64,000 nt of DNA from Candidatus Latescibacterota bacterium (GCA_965205975.1 OZ242195.1:3872001-3936000); one strand, 5' to 3'; positions 10,299 through 21,457 are shown, counted from the first letter of the stretch. The notes: generated by a model not told the origin, from the sequence alone. Program-made: numbers and translations.

Positions 10299-11618
10299 CT
10301 ATCCCCCCAAATACTTTGGCAGAGAAGTCGCCATCTCGGGAAACGCGATCACGAGCGTCAGCCCAATCAGTTGAATAATAATAAACGGAATAATCCCCCG
10401 ATAAATATGGCCCGTGCGGACCTCGGGAGGCGCGACCCCCTTCAGATAAAAAAGTGAAAAACCAAAAGGCGGCGTCAAAAAAGAAGTCTGTAAATTCATC
10501 GCAATCAAAATACCCAACCACAGAAGATCCACACCCAACGCAACAAAAATAGGCGCCACAACCGGAACAATAATAAACGTAATCTCGATAAAATCGATAA
10601 AAAAGCCCGCCACAAAAATCATAACCATCACAAGCGCGAGAAACGCGCCCGGACTCATATTCGCCGAAAGAATCAGATTCGTCAAATACGCATCCCCGTG
10701 CATACCGCGAAACACCAGACCAAACGCCGTAGCACCCACCAGAATAATAAAAACCATACACGTCAGATGCGTCGTCTCCACCATCACCGACTTCAGCGTC
10801 GCATAAGAAAACTTCTTTTGCAGCACCGTCAAAAGCGTCGCGCCAAACGCACCCACAGCCGCCGCCTCGGTAGGCGAAGCAATCCCCGCAAAAATAGACC
10901 CCAGAACCGCAACAACGAGAACAGCCGGCAGAACAAAAGCCTGAAAAACGCGCCGCACCATCGCCCTGCCGTGAAACTGCGCGAGTTCTTCCTCCGGCAT
11001 CGCCGGTGCCCACTCGGACTTAAAAACCGCGACCAAAACGAGATAAACCACATAGAGCAATACCAGAACAAAACCCGGCACCACAGCACCCACAAACATA
11101 TCCCCAATCGAAACATTCAGCACACTACCCAACAGCACCAGCACAATACTCGGCGGAATAATCTGCCCCAAAGTACCCGACGCCGAAATCGTCCCCGTCG
11201 CCACCTCCGCACGGTATCCCCGCTTCAGCATCGTTGGCAAACTCAGCAAACCCATCGTAACCACAGTCGCGCCAACAATACCCGTAGAAGCCCCGAACAG
11301 CGCCCCCACAGCAACCACAGAAATCGCCAGCCCCCCGCGCAAATGACCAAAAAGCAACGCCATAGTTTCCAGCAAATTCTCAGCCAAACCGGACTTCTCC
11401 AGCATCACCCCCATAAACACAAACAAAGGCACGGCAATCAGCACATAATTCGTCATCACGCCCCAAATACGCAGGGGCAATAGATTAAAAAAAACCGGAC
11501 CAAACGTCAAATAGCCCAAAATAAAAGAAACACCACCGAGCGTAAACGCAACGGGAAAACCGAGCAAAAGAAGAAGAAAAAGAACGCCAAACAGAATCAG
11601 GGGCATCGCCTCGATCAT
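10299..11618 (-). CDS. dctM: TRAP transporter large permease
   Basis: GTLGQIIPPS, TPPFGFSLFYL; multiple TM segments. Confidence 0.95.
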   Translation of the reverse strand: MIEAMPLILFGVLFLLLLLGFPVAFTLGGVSFILGYLTFGPVFFNLLPLRIWGVMTNYVLIAVPLFVFMGVMLEKSGLAENLLETMALLFGHLRGGLAISVVAVGALFGASTGIVGATVVTMGLLSLPTMLKRGYRAEVATGTISASGTLGQIIPPSIVLVLLGSVLNVSIGDMFVGAVVPGFVLVLLYVVYLVLVAVFKSEWAPAMPEEELAQFHGRAMVRRVFQAFVLPAVLVVAVLGSIFAGIASPTEAAAVGAFGATLLTVLQKKFSYATLKSVMVETTHLTCMVFIILVGATAFGLVFRGMHGDAYLTNLILSANMSPGAFLALVMVMIFVAGFFIDFIEITFIIVPVVAPIFVALGVDLLWLGILIAMNLQTSFLTPPFGFSLFYLKGVAPPEVRTGHIYRGIIPFIIIQLIGLTLVIAFPEMATSLPKYLGG

Positions 11619-12133
11619 CCATCCACCTCCTCATCCCGAATGGAAAGCAAAGACCGACACGCCAGCCCCAGCCCCTGTAGCAAAAGCAGAACAAAACCAA
11701 GGGGAATAGCCGCCTTCAGCACCCACCGCGCGGGCAGACCCCCCGGATCGGGTGACGTCTCCCCAATGTGGAATGCACTAACCACAAAATACTGCGAACT
11801 CACAATCACAATAATGCAAAACGGAATCAAAAACAGAACGCTGCCAATCAGATTCACCCACGCCTTCTTACGAGCGGAAAACCGGCTATAGAAAACATCC
11901 ACGCGCACGTGTTGATCGTGCTTGAGCGAATACGCAGCACCAAGCAAAAAAATCAGCGCGAACAAATGCCATTCCAATTCCTGAACAGCCACCAGGCTAT
12001 TCTTCAGCAAATAGCGGGTAAAAACATCGTAACAAACCACCGCCACCAGCACAGCGGTAAGCCACGCAATCGCCCTGCCAACGCGCTCATTTAAACCATC
12101 GACAAATCGGATATATGCTCTTAAAACCTGCAA
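11615..12133 (-). CDS. dctQ: TRAP transporter small permease
   Basis: ELEWHLF, HVRVDVFY; TTG start at 12133 with AGGAG SD. Confidence 0.9.
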   Translation of the reverse strand: MQVLRAYIRFVDGLNERVGRAIAWLTAVLVAVVCYDVFTRYLLKNSLVAVQELEWHLFALIFLLGAAYSLKHDQHVRVDVFYSRFSARKKAWVNLIGSVLFLIPFCIIVIVSSQYFVVSAFHIGETSPDPGGLPARWVLKAAIPLGFVLLLLQGLGLACRSLLSIRDEEVDG

Positions 12134-12215
12134 AATGCGCTCCTGAAAAAATGGTTCAAAGAATATAAATAAATTCGCATAGTAGAAGAGAAAAAACGAA
12201 TACAAAACCAACAGC

Positions 12216-12256
12216 AAAAAGTCCGGATACACGATATGGTATCCGGACTTTTTTTT
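12216..12256. terminator. Bidirectional intrinsic terminator
   Basis: AAAAAGTCCGGATAC-loop-GTATCCGGACTTTTTTTT. Confidence 0.8.
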
Positions 12257-12278
12257 AAAGTTCAGGCTTTGGGTATTC

Positions 12279-12644
12279 TCAAGTGTGGTATTTTCGGTAA
12301 AATTCTTTTACTATTTTGGATGTGCGTTTAGATTTACATAGACCTGCATGCATCCTATATAATAATTCATTGGATATAGTTTCTTGTTGCTTTCCCTGTC
12401 TTTTAATATATTCGACATTGGATTCTTTGATTATGCTCGCTTTTCCGTATAGAACGACAGATTTTTTTCTTATGAAGGGATGTTCACCAGGTTGAATAAT
12501 ACAAGTCTCATCTGAATTTTTACGCCATGATGTGATATTCACTATTATTGCTTGTGGTGGGTCGCCCAAATAATCTGTTAAAAATATATGTAAATGATAG
12601 CCCCCACCATCTTCAAACAAATAACACTCGCCAGCTAATGACAT
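12279..12644 (-). CDS. Putative toxin (PemK/MazF-like fold suspected) paired with a Panacea antitoxin
   Basis: AT-rich; 2 nt downstream of the Panacea gene; IIVNITS..DETC...GEHPFI..KSVV pattern. Confidence 0.55.
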   Translation of the reverse strand: MSLAGECYLFEDGGGYHLHIFLTDYLGDPPQAIIVNITSWRKNSDETCIIQPGEHPFIRKKSVVLYGKASIIKESNVEYIKRQGKQQETISNELLYRMHAGLCKSKRTSKIVKEFYRKYHT

Positions 12645-12646
12645 AT

Positions 12647-13225
12647 TTATCCAATTAACTTATCGTAAAATAGCATGACACGCATTTCGTCTTTTATTGC
12701 CATTAAATCTTCTCCGTCCCATCCTGTAACATTGAAAAGTGTAGTCCAGGATATTGGTGTAGAAGTCTCGCCAGATTCCTCAAATTCAGGTAGAGAATGC
12801 GTATATTCTTTTAACTCTTGAAAACTCATATTTCCGTACTTTTTAAATACATCATTCATTAATTCAATTTCTATCTCGGATAATTCCCCATCATCTACAT
12901 CAAATGTTTTCAACCTCACAATATGATCTGTTTGAGAATATGAAAAGTACTTTGACCAATATTCTCCTTTCTTCTTTTCGCATGCAAGATCATAGGTATT
13001 ACTCAACACAGGACCAAAAGGCATATTGAATGGCCTGTCAAATGTTACAAGGTCGCCAAATTTTTCTAAGCCACGCCGATCAATTAGATACATCAGTTTA
13101 ATGAGCTTGTACAAATCAATTTTGCCACCATTGCGTTTTGCCAACAACGTAGCGATTTGTACGGTTTTTAACTCCTTGAAAGCGGGAACATCACTGTCGG
13201 AAACAAAAACCTTATCCTTGACCAT
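12647..13225 (-). CDS. Panacea (SocA/DUF4065) domain antitoxin
   Basis: KLIKLMYLIDR, MPFGPVLS, LKEYTHSLPE; AAGGAGG SD before ATG 13225. Confidence 0.8.
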   Translation of the reverse strand: MVKDKVFVSDSDVPAFKELKTVQIATLLAKRNGGKIDLYKLIKLMYLIDRRGLEKFGDLVTFDRPFNMPFGPVLSNTYDLACEKKKGEYWSKYFSYSQTDHIVRLKTFDVDDGELSEIEIELMNDVFKKYGNMSFQELKEYTHSLPEFEESGETSTPISWTTLFNVTGWDGEDLMAIKDEMRVMLFYDKLIG

Positions 13226-13500
13226 CTTGACCTCCTTACACAGGGGAATATAAGGGGAAGGTTTGAGGTTAGACACCTTATCCTATATTAAATATAGAGA
13301 ACCGATACTCCTGCGTCAAATTTTAAGGAGAATCCCTATATCCCAAACTACGCTATTTATTGAGTTTTAACTCCTCACCTACTTCAATCTTCGCGTCAAT
13401 TTTTATTCTCGTCACGGCAGCAAAACATGATCCTTGATATGGAATCGTTTTTTGTGTAAATTTAATTTGTCATTTTAGATTTACACAAAAAAACGCGCTT

Positions 13501-14655
13501 ATGAATTACCGTCCTCGACAAATTGAACCCATCCTGTCCGACTATCTCAATGCATTCCCTGTGGTCGGCATTACAGGACCTCGGCAATCTGGAAAATCCA
13601 CGCTCCTCCAGCAGGTACTGCGCGATGCTTACACCTACGTCACCTTTGACGACATAAGACAACTGGCATTATTTGAAGACGACCCCGAAAAATTTATGCA
13701 AATGTATCACCACCGCGTTATTTTTGACGAAGTTCAAAAAGCCCCTGCACTTTTCAACCACATCAAGCTCGCCGTTGATCGAGATCGCGATACCTATGGC
13801 AAATTTGTACTCACCGGATCCAGCCAATTCACGCTCATGCAAAATGTAGCGGACAGTCTGGCAGGGCGCATTGGTTTATTGTCACTTCTCCCCTTTGATC
13901 ATCGAGAATTGCCCAAAGCACTTTGTGCAACAGCGATATGGCGCGGCTGTTATCCCGAACTGGTCACGCGCCATTATCGCAATGCCGACGATTGGTATGC
14001 CTCCTATATCGAAACCTACCTCGCACGCGATGTGCGAGACGTGGCACAAATTGGCAATCTGCGCGATTTTCGGAACTTGATCCAGTTACTCGCTGCAAAT
14101 ACGGCCCAGATACTCAACATGTCTCGCCTCGCCAGTGACCTCGGCGTAACAATGCCCACAATCAAACGGTGGATTTCCATATTAGAAATGTCCTATGTCA
14201 TCTTTCTCTTGCCCCCTTATTTTCGGAACTTCGGCAAACGGGTTATCAAACGCCCCAAAATATATTTTTACGACACGGGCCTCGTATCGGCTCTCACGGG
14301 CATTCGGACTGAAGAAATGTATGACCGCGGACCCATGGCTGGTACACTCTTTGAAAATTATATCCTATCTCAAATCCTCAAACACCACAAACACACCAAT
14401 CGACGTTGTGAATTTTATTTTTACCGAACCAGTCATGGCGTAGAAATCGATCTCGTTATCGACACGGGACAAACCCGTCATTTTGTCGAAATAAAAAAAA
14501 CCGCGACCTTTAGACCTCGCCTGATAAAAACACTCCATACACTCGCTTCTCAAGCCGACACAGCGACACTGATCTATCAGGGAGAATCACTGCCCGATTA
14601 CAGCGGTATTCGCATTTGCAACTGGTCGAATTACCTCACCCCAAAAAAGGAGTAA
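13501..14655 (+). CDS. AAA_14 ATPase with DUF4143 C-terminal domain
   Basis: GPRQSGKST, FDEVQ, LTGS, PKIYFYDTG, FYRT..EIDLV. Confidence 0.9.
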   Translation: MNYRPRQIEPILSDYLNAFPVVGITGPRQSGKSTLLQQVLRDAYTYVTFDDIRQLALFEDDPEKFMQMYHHRVIFDEVQKAPALFNHIKLAVDRDRDTYGKFVLTGSSQFTLMQNVADSLAGRIGLLSLLPFDHRELPKALCATAIWRGCYPELVTRHYRNADDWYASYIETYLARDVRDVAQIGNLRDFRNLIQLLAANTAQILNMSRLASDLGVTMPTIKRWISILEMSYVIFLLPPYFRNFGKRVIKRPKIYFYDTGLVSALTGIRTEEMYDRGPMAGTLFENYILSQILKHHKHTNRRCEFYFYRTSHGVEIDLVIDTGQTRHFVEIKKTATFRPRLIKTLHTLASQADTATLIYQGESLPDYSGIRICNWSNYLTPKKE

Positions 14656-14660
14656 CTGCC

Positions 14661-16091
14661 ATGCCAGAACAACCGAACATCCTCCTCTTCATCAGCGACC
14701 AACAGCGCACGGACACCTTGAAATGTTATGGCAACGACTGGATACAATCGCCGCATCAAGACGCCCTTGCAGAGCGCAGCTTCGTCTTTGAAAACACCTA
14801 CGTCACACAGCCCGTATGCACCCCTGCACGCGGATCCTTAATGACGGGTCTCTACCCGCACAACCACGAATGCATGGTCAACCGCGACATATTGCGCGAC
14901 GAAATCCCATCCATCGCGGAAATGCTACCCGACACCTATCGAAAAGCCATGTTTGGAAAATGGCACCTCGGCGACGACTCCGTGCGACAACACGGCTTTG
15001 ACGAATGGATCAGCACAGAAGACGACCACCGCAACAAATACTCCCGCCCCGGCTTGCCTTTCAGCAGCTATTACTACTGGATGAAAGAACAGGGCATAGA
15101 ACCCCAAAACAACAGCGCCACCGGAGAAATCATCTTCTCACCGCGCCAGCGATCCCAACTCCCCGCAGAATACCAGATGGCCACCTTCATCGCCAACCAC
15201 TCCGAGCGATTCATCCGGGAAAACACACACCGCCCGTGGCTCCTCGTATTCAGCACATTTGAACCACACCCCCCAATGACCGGACCCTACGACGGCATGT
15301 ACGACCCCGATGCCCTACCCGTAGGTCCCACCTTCATGAAAAAACCAGAAGGACACGCCCTGTTTAACCGCGCCCGCGCAGAACACTACCTCAGCAACAG
15401 AGTTGAAGGCCAGGACCTGCGACAAGAACAATCCTGGCGAAAACTGCGAGCGCAATACTACGGCAACGTAAAAATCATCGACGACGCCATAGGCCGCATG
15501 GTACAGGCACTGGAAGAAACCGGACAAATGGAAAACACCATCTTTGCCGTCACCAGTGACCACGGTGAAATGGCAGGCGACCATGCCATGCTGGAAAAAC
15601 GCGCATTCTACGAAGAATCTGCACGCGTACCCATGATCTTAAGCGTCCCGTGGCTCACACAAACGCAAGAGCGCATCGACGGCGTCTTTGGACACGCGGA
15701 CCTGATCGCAACCCTCATAGAATTGGCCAATCAGCCACTCTCAGACGCCCTCCCGGGCCGCCCGTGTGCCGACGTCTTAAACGGCAGCGCCGACCTGCGC
15801 GACCACACCGCATTCATGGAATGGAACGGCATTGGCGACCGCAACCTGGGCAACCCCAAAATCAACCTCATGGCAACCTTGCCCTGGCGCTGTGCCGTAA
15901 CCGGAGACCGGTGGAAACTCAACTTATGTGCCGGCGACCAGTGCGAATTATTTGACCTGAACAACGACCCTTATGAAGAAACCAATCTCTTTGACGACCC
16001 TGCACACCGCGACCGGGCGCGGGAAATCGCGGCTCGCATTCGCCTGTGGCAACACGAAACAAATGACCGCGCGCCCTTGCCAGCGATTTAA
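14661..16091 (+). CDS. Sulfatase
   Basis: PNILLFISDQQR, CTPARGS, GKWHLG, SDHGEM; AAGGAG SD. Confidence 0.93.
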   Translation: MPEQPNILLFISDQQRTDTLKCYGNDWIQSPHQDALAERSFVFENTYVTQPVCTPARGSLMTGLYPHNHECMVNRDILRDEIPSIAEMLPDTYRKAMFGKWHLGDDSVRQHGFDEWISTEDDHRNKYSRPGLPFSSYYYWMKEQGIEPQNNSATGEIIFSPRQRSQLPAEYQMATFIANHSERFIRENTHRPWLLVFSTFEPHPPMTGPYDGMYDPDALPVGPTFMKKPEGHALFNRARAEHYLSNRVEGQDLRQEQSWRKLRAQYYGNVKIIDDAIGRMVQALEETGQMENTIFAVTSDHGEMAGDHAMLEKRAFYEESARVPMILSVPWLTQTQERIDGVFGHADLIATLIELANQPLSDALPGRPCADVLNGSADLRDHTAFMEWNGIGDRNLGNPKINLMATLPWRCAVTGDRWKLNLCAGDQCELFDLNNDPYEETNLFDDPAHRDRAREIAARIRLWQHETNDRAPLPAI

Positions 16092-16394
16092 GATCGCAGA
16101 CGGGAAGGCACACGCAGGGGCGAGGCATGCCTCGCCCCTACACGAATTAACAATATCACCACCTTTACAATTTATCTTGCATATAAGAGGAGAATGACTA
16201 TATTGCATATCGAGTGAGAACGCGGAATTGCGGGTATTAGTCATTCTTTCGCAGAGCCTCCCCTATCTCTGCTAACTGTGCCCTTCCTCACCTTCCGAGT
16301 ATCTCGCTTTTTTTCCCTCTACAATTCGTTCCGACTCTCTATTTCTATCAGAGAGCGGTGTAGTTATGTTTCACATCTCTTAAGGAATCCCGTC

Positions 16395-16607
16395 ATGAAC
16401 GACACGGCATTGTTAAAACTGCTGGCGGCTGGGATAGACGAAGACGTTGCTGCTACACAACTGAACATTTCTCCCCAACAAGTTAAAGGACGAATCAGAG
16501 AATATTTGCAAGCAGGCATCTTAAATTGCAATGGCGAACGCGAAACCATCAACTGGAAAGCCTTTGGCAAATGGAAAAAACTGGCACAAACTGTTGAAAC
16601 CGTATAG
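16395..16607 (+). CDS. Small hypothetical protein with an HTH-like segment (70 aa)
   Basis: AAGGA SD; EDVAATQLNISPQQVKGRI. Confidence 0.55.
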   Translation: MNDTALLKLLAAGIDEDVAATQLNISPQQVKGRIREYLQAGILNCNGERETINWKAFGKWKKLAQTVETV

Positions 16608-16686
16608 AAAAAGCAAAATGGATTTATGTAACAAGATGGGCAGTCGCATGTGTGCAACTGCCCGTTTTTTATCTGGAGAAAGAAGC

Positions 16687-17895
16687 GTGGGAATAGGTAA
16701 ACGGTACACCTCCATACTCTTTCTTTTATACTTCGCTACATCTGTCTCAGCAACACAGCTACAAATGGGTGTAGATGTATTTTTGGAACACCACACCCAT
16801 CTGGTAGCGGACGCACGGGTTGGATTAATCACCAATCCCACCGGACGCACAAAAACAGGCATCACCACAATCAATGCCTTGCAACAGCATCCCGACGTCA
16901 ATCTCGTCGCCCTATTTGCACTTGAACACGGAATCAAAGCAAAAGCAAAAGCCGGCGAACACGTGCGCGACACGCAAATAGACAGCCTACCCGTATATTC
17001 CCTCTACGGAAGCGGCCGCTCCTTAAAATCCGCACTGGACAACATCGACGTCATAATCTACGACATACAGGACGTAGGCAGCAGAGCCTACACCTACATC
17101 TGGAGCCTGAGCAAAATCATAAAAGCCGCGGGCGAACACGACAAGCGCGTCATCGTCCTCGACCGCCCCAATCCCCTCGGCGGGCGAACAATAGATGGTC
17201 CCATAACCGAAGAAAAATGGCGATCCTTAGTCGCGGGCTATTATCCAGTACCCCGCGCGTATGGACTCACAGTAGGCGAACTCGCGCGGTATCTCAACCG
17301 GGAACACCTGCTCGCGTGCTCCCTCACAGTCGTCCCCATGAAAGGATACCAGCGCAACACGCGCTGGACAGACATCGGACGCGAATGGATCCCGCCATCG
17401 CCCAACATCCCATCGCCTCAGGCTGCCATAACCTTTGCCGCAACCGGAACCATAGGCGCATTGGGAACCCTACACATCGGCGTTGGAACCGACATGTCCT
17501 TTCAAATCGTTGGCGCGCCGTGGATCAACGCAGAAAAAACAGCTCGCGACCTGAACGCCATGCAACTGCCCGGCGTAGAATTTCAACCCATAACACTTAC
17601 ACCCGACACATGGCTCTTTCGCAACAAAAAAGTACAGGCTATATTCCTATACATAACAGACCCCATCGCCTTTCGCCCAACGCGCACAGAAGTAGCCATA
17701 CTCGCCCATCTCGTGGCAACATATCCCGAATTCAAAATCCCAAAAGACCGGTATGAACGCTTTGACCAAGCCATGGGAACCAGCACCGTACGCGAAGCCC
17801 TCTTAAAAGGCGACACCGCGCGGGAAATATGGGAGCGATGGAAAGGGGAATTGGAGAAATTCGCTACTGTGAGGGAAAAATACTTTTTGTATTAA
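16687..17895 (+). CDS. DUF1343 / NamZ-like exo-beta-N-acetylmuramidase, secreted
   Basis: GLITNPTG, LEHG, DIQDVGSRAYTY, LDRPNP, PSPNIP; start uncertain (GTG 16687 chosen for its signal peptide). Confidence 0.85.
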   Translation: MGIGKRYTSILFLLYFATSVSATQLQMGVDVFLEHHTHLVADARVGLITNPTGRTKTGITTINALQQHPDVNLVALFALEHGIKAKAKAGEHVRDTQIDSLPVYSLYGSGRSLKSALDNIDVIIYDIQDVGSRAYTYIWSLSKIIKAAGEHDKRVIVLDRPNPLGGRTIDGPITEEKWRSLVAGYYPVPRAYGLTVGELARYLNREHLLACSLTVVPMKGYQRNTRWTDIGREWIPPSPNIPSPQAAITFAATGTIGALGTLHIGVGTDMSFQIVGAPWINAEKTARDLNAMQLPGVEFQPITLTPDTWLFRNKKVQAIFLYITDPIAFRPTRTEVAILAHLVATYPEFKIPKDRYERFDQAMGTSTVREALLKGDTAREIWERWKGELEKFATVREKYFLY

Positions 17896-17993
17896 ACCTT
17901 CTGGATCGCGGCTCAAAACCATGCCGCGATGACGGGCGGGTACGGGGACCCGCCCCTACAATCTGGATCGCAGATCAATAAAGGAACATCACA

Positions 17994-18650
17994 ATGCCCG
18001 GCATCATCTTCTGGGATGTTGATACCCAATACGACTTCATCATGCCCGACGGCAAACTCTACGTCACCGCATCGGAAAAACGCTTGCCAAATCTCAAAAA
18101 ACTCACAGACTATGCCAGACAGCGGGGCATCCCCATCTACGGCTCGGTTGACAACCACCAGATAGCAGACCCTGAAATCTCCGACACCCCGGACTTTCAG
18201 GAGACCTTTCCGCCCCACTGCATAGCTGGAACCTCTGGACAAAAAAAAGTACCCGAAACCCAACCGCAAAACCCCCTCTGGATCGACCCGGACGCCTCGG
18301 GCGGCCTCATCGACCAAGTACAAAAACACCGCGGTGAAATCATCTTTCGCAAACAGCACTTTGACGTCTTCACCAACCCCAACGTCGAACCCGTACTCAA
18401 CGCCATCAAACCCGACCGCATCGTCCTCTACGGCGTAGCCCTCGACGTCTGCAACGCCTACGCAATTAACGGCTTCTTAAAACGCAACACAGCGCCCATA
18501 CAACTCGTCCTGGACGCCGCACAAGCCATCGACCCCGAACGCGGCGACCGCATGGTAGCCGAATGGCGACAACAGGGCGTTGAAATCGTATCGACGGATG
18601 AAATTGTCAACCCTAAAAACGTAAAAGCAACCACAGATGAACACAGATAA
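17994..18650 (+). CDS. Isochorismatase/nicotinamidase family cysteine hydrolase
   Basis: DVDTQYDF, FPPHC, GVALDVC. Confidence 0.85.
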   Translation: MPGIIFWDVDTQYDFIMPDGKLYVTASEKRLPNLKKLTDYARQRGIPIYGSVDNHQIADPEISDTPDFQETFPPHCIAGTSGQKKVPETQPQNPLWIDPDASGGLIDQVQKHRGEIIFRKQHFDVFTNPNVEPVLNAIKPDRIVLYGVALDVCNAYAINGFLKRNTAPIQLVLDAAQAIDPERGDRMVAEWRQQGVEIVSTDEIVNPKNVKATTDEHR

Positions 18651-18789
18651 ACACAGATGAAAAGCAAAAGCCTGCCCCTGCATGGTGTTGAGCAGGGGGC
18701 AAAAAACTCTGGATCGCGGCTAAAAACCATACCGCGATGACGGGCGACCACAAGGGTCGCCCCTACACACTTCAACCTACACACTTCCC

Positions 18790-20574
18790 ATGAACGTCTT
18801 CCTCCGCCTCATCACATACATCCGCCCTTACCTGGGCCGCGTGTGCATCGGTATCGGCGCCACCCTCGTCATGATTGGCCTGGATGCCGCGCAACCCCTG
18901 CTCATGCGCGAAGTCATCGACAACATATTAACCCCTTACTTCACAGAAGGGAATTATATTGGCGGCGACTTCTCCGACACAAAAATCGCAGCCGACTTCG
19001 ACAGCCTCCAATTCTACGCCCTGCTCCTCCTCGGCATCTATATACTCCACACCATCTTCAGCTTCATCAACCGCTACTTACTCAACCGAACGGGACAGGA
19101 CATCCTCTTCAGCCTCCGCGTCCAGGTCTATGACCACCTCCAGCACCTGGGACTGCGTTTTTACAACGACCGCAGCACCGGCGAATTGATGTCGCGCGTA
19201 ACCGCCGACGTCGAATCCCTCCAATACACCGTCACAGACACCCTGGAACGCGTACTCGTAAATATCGCAACCATCGTCATCTACGGCATCATCCTCTTTG
19301 GCCTCAGCTTCGAACTCGCCCTCATTACCCTGTTGCCCATGCCTATATACAGCATCCTCATCATCTTCTACAACCGCACCATACGCCCCTATTACACCAT
19401 GGCACGCGAACGCATAGCCGACATCAGCGCCCTTTTGCAAGACAACCTCTCCGGCATCCGCGTCATCAAATGCTTTGCCCGCGAAGGCCACGAACTCTCT
19501 CGCTTCACCCAAAAATGCAAAGCCTTCCTCACCATCAGCATCACCATCATCAAAACCCGCGTCGCCTTCTTCCCCCTCGCCCGATTCATCATCTCCATGG
19601 GACCCCTCCTCGTCCTCCTCTTCGGCGGGCAACAAATCATCTCGGGCGACCTCACCATCGGCACCCTCTTCGCCTTTCAAAGCTTTCTCTGGCGTTTCTA
19701 CGGCCCCGTAGAAAGCCTCACCCGCATCAACGACACGATCGTACGCGCAGCCGCCTCAGCGCGTCGCATCTTTGAAATCCTGGACACCCAACCCGAAATA
19801 AAAGACACCCCCAATGCGCTCCCCTTTGACCGCCTGAACGGCAGCGTTGAATTTCAGAACGTCACCTTTGCCTACGAACACGGACCCCCTGTTCTCCAGG
19901 GCGTATCCCTCAGCGCACAACCCGGGCAACTCATCGGCCTCGTTGGCCCCAGCGGCGCGGGCAAAACCACCATCATCAACCTCATCTGCCGCTTCTATGA
20001 CCCCGACTCTGGCACCGTGTGCGTTGACGGCCATGACCTCAAAAACATGCAACGCGCATCCTTGCGCAGCCAAATCGGCATGGTCTTACAAGAACCATTC
20101 CTCTTCAACGGAACCATCCGCGAAAACATCGCTTATGGCAAACTCAACGCCACCGAAACCGACATCATCAACGCCGCAATGATGGCCAACGCCCACGACT
20201 TCGTCTGCGGATTCCCGGACGCTTATGACACCCACATTGGCGAACGGGGCGTGCGCTTATCCGGCGGCGAAAAACAGCGCATCTCCATAGCCCGCGCCAT
20301 CCTCAACGACCCGCGCATCCTCATCCTGGACGAAGCCACATCCTCTGTTGACACCGAAACCGAAATGCTCATACAAAACGCCCTCGAACGCCTCATGGAA
20401 GGCCGCACCACCTTTGCGATCGCCCATCGCTTATCCACCGTGCGCCGCGCCGACTGCCTCTACGTCATCGACCGCGGCAAAATCGTCGAATTCGGCACAC
20501 ACACCCAGCTACTCGCCAGCGACGGCCTCTACGCTCGCCTGTGCGACATGCAATTTGCCTTGGAAGAAGCGTGA
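18790..20574 (+). CDS. ABC exporter, fused permease and ATPase
   Basis: GPSGAGKTT, LSGGEKQR, ILDEATSS; N-terminal TM domain. Confidence 0.95.
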   Translation: MNVFLRLITYIRPYLGRVCIGIGATLVMIGLDAAQPLLMREVIDNILTPYFTEGNYIGGDFSDTKIAADFDSLQFYALLLLGIYILHTIFSFINRYLLNRTGQDILFSLRVQVYDHLQHLGLRFYNDRSTGELMSRVTADVESLQYTVTDTLERVLVNIATIVIYGIILFGLSFELALITLLPMPIYSILIIFYNRTIRPYYTMARERIADISALLQDNLSGIRVIKCFAREGHELSRFTQKCKAFLTISITIIKTRVAFFPLARFIISMGPLLVLLFGGQQIISGDLTIGTLFAFQSFLWRFYGPVESLTRINDTIVRAAASARRIFEILDTQPEIKDTPNALPFDRLNGSVEFQNVTFAYEHGPPVLQGVSLSAQPGQLIGLVGPSGAGKTTIINLICRFYDPDSGTVCVDGHDLKNMQRASLRSQIGMVLQEPFLFNGTIRENIAYGKLNATETDIINAAMMANAHDFVCGFPDAYDTHIGERGVRLSGGEKQRISIARAILNDPRILILDEATSSVDTETEMLIQNALERLMEGRTTFAIAHRLSTVRRADCLYVIDRGKIVEFGTHTQLLASDGLYARLCDMQFALEEA

Positions 20575-20724
20575 AAAAGCAACCACAGATGAACACAGAT
20601 AAACACGGATGAAAGGCAAAAAGCGAAAGGCAAAATCAAAATCAAAACCTCTGGATCGCGGCTAACACCATGCCGCGATGACAGACGGGACGGCACAGGG
20701 GCCGTCCCCTACGGAGATCTCGAC

Positions 20725-21267
20725 ATGGACCTCATGGTACAACAACTCATCCCCGAAACCATTGACTTATGTCAAAACGGTGACAGCCTGATCCTCTTTG
20801 CCGACGGAGAAGAACTACACATCGATCACATCGTGCGATGTTTTCCCTTTTCCACGCCCGATCAATGGATCAGCCTCCGCGACCGGGACAGAACCGAACT
20901 CGGCCTCTTGCCCACACTTGACGGATTAAATGCACAATCGCGGACACTCGTTGAAGAACACCTCAAAGACCGCTACGACATCCCCCAAATCCAGACCATA
21001 CTCAACATCGAAAGCAACAAAGAAGGCGGCACAAACTGGGACATTGACACCAACGCGGGACCTATGAACTTCACACTCCGAGGCGACCAGAACCTCAACC
21101 TCAACGCATTTCCCGAAATCGTATTCACCGACGCCATAACGCGCAAACGCTACAAAATCCCCGACTATACCAAACTCGACCGCGCCAGCCAAAAAACCGC
21201 CCGCGCGTACCTGCCCATGAGCTCTCGCCACTACTCCGGGCGCCGCGGCGGCAGGAGTGGAAGGTAA
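20725..21267 (+). CDS. DUF1854-like protein
   Basis: RCFPFSTPDQWISL, W.IDTNAGP, LDRASQK; follows an ABC exporter. Confidence 0.7.
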   Translation: MDLMVQQLIPETIDLCQNGDSLILFADGEELHIDHIVRCFPFSTPDQWISLRDRDRTELGLLPTLDGLNAQSRTLVEEHLKDRYDIPQIQTILNIESNKEGGTNWDIDTNAGPMNFTLRGDQNLNLNAFPEIVFTDAITRKRYKIPDYTKLDRASQKTARAYLPMSSRHYSGRRGGRSGR

Positions 21268-21457
21268 AAAAAACGGGCGACCACAGGGGGTCGCCCCTAC
21301 AATACCTTCTGGATCGCACGGGACGGCACAGGGGCCGTCCCCTACACCATGCCTGCCCCTGTATGCTTTAAGCAGGGGCCGCGATGACATGCCTTTAACG
21401 TCTTGTATCTTACGTTTTATCGGTGTTTATCGGTGTTCATCTGTGGTTGCATTTCCC

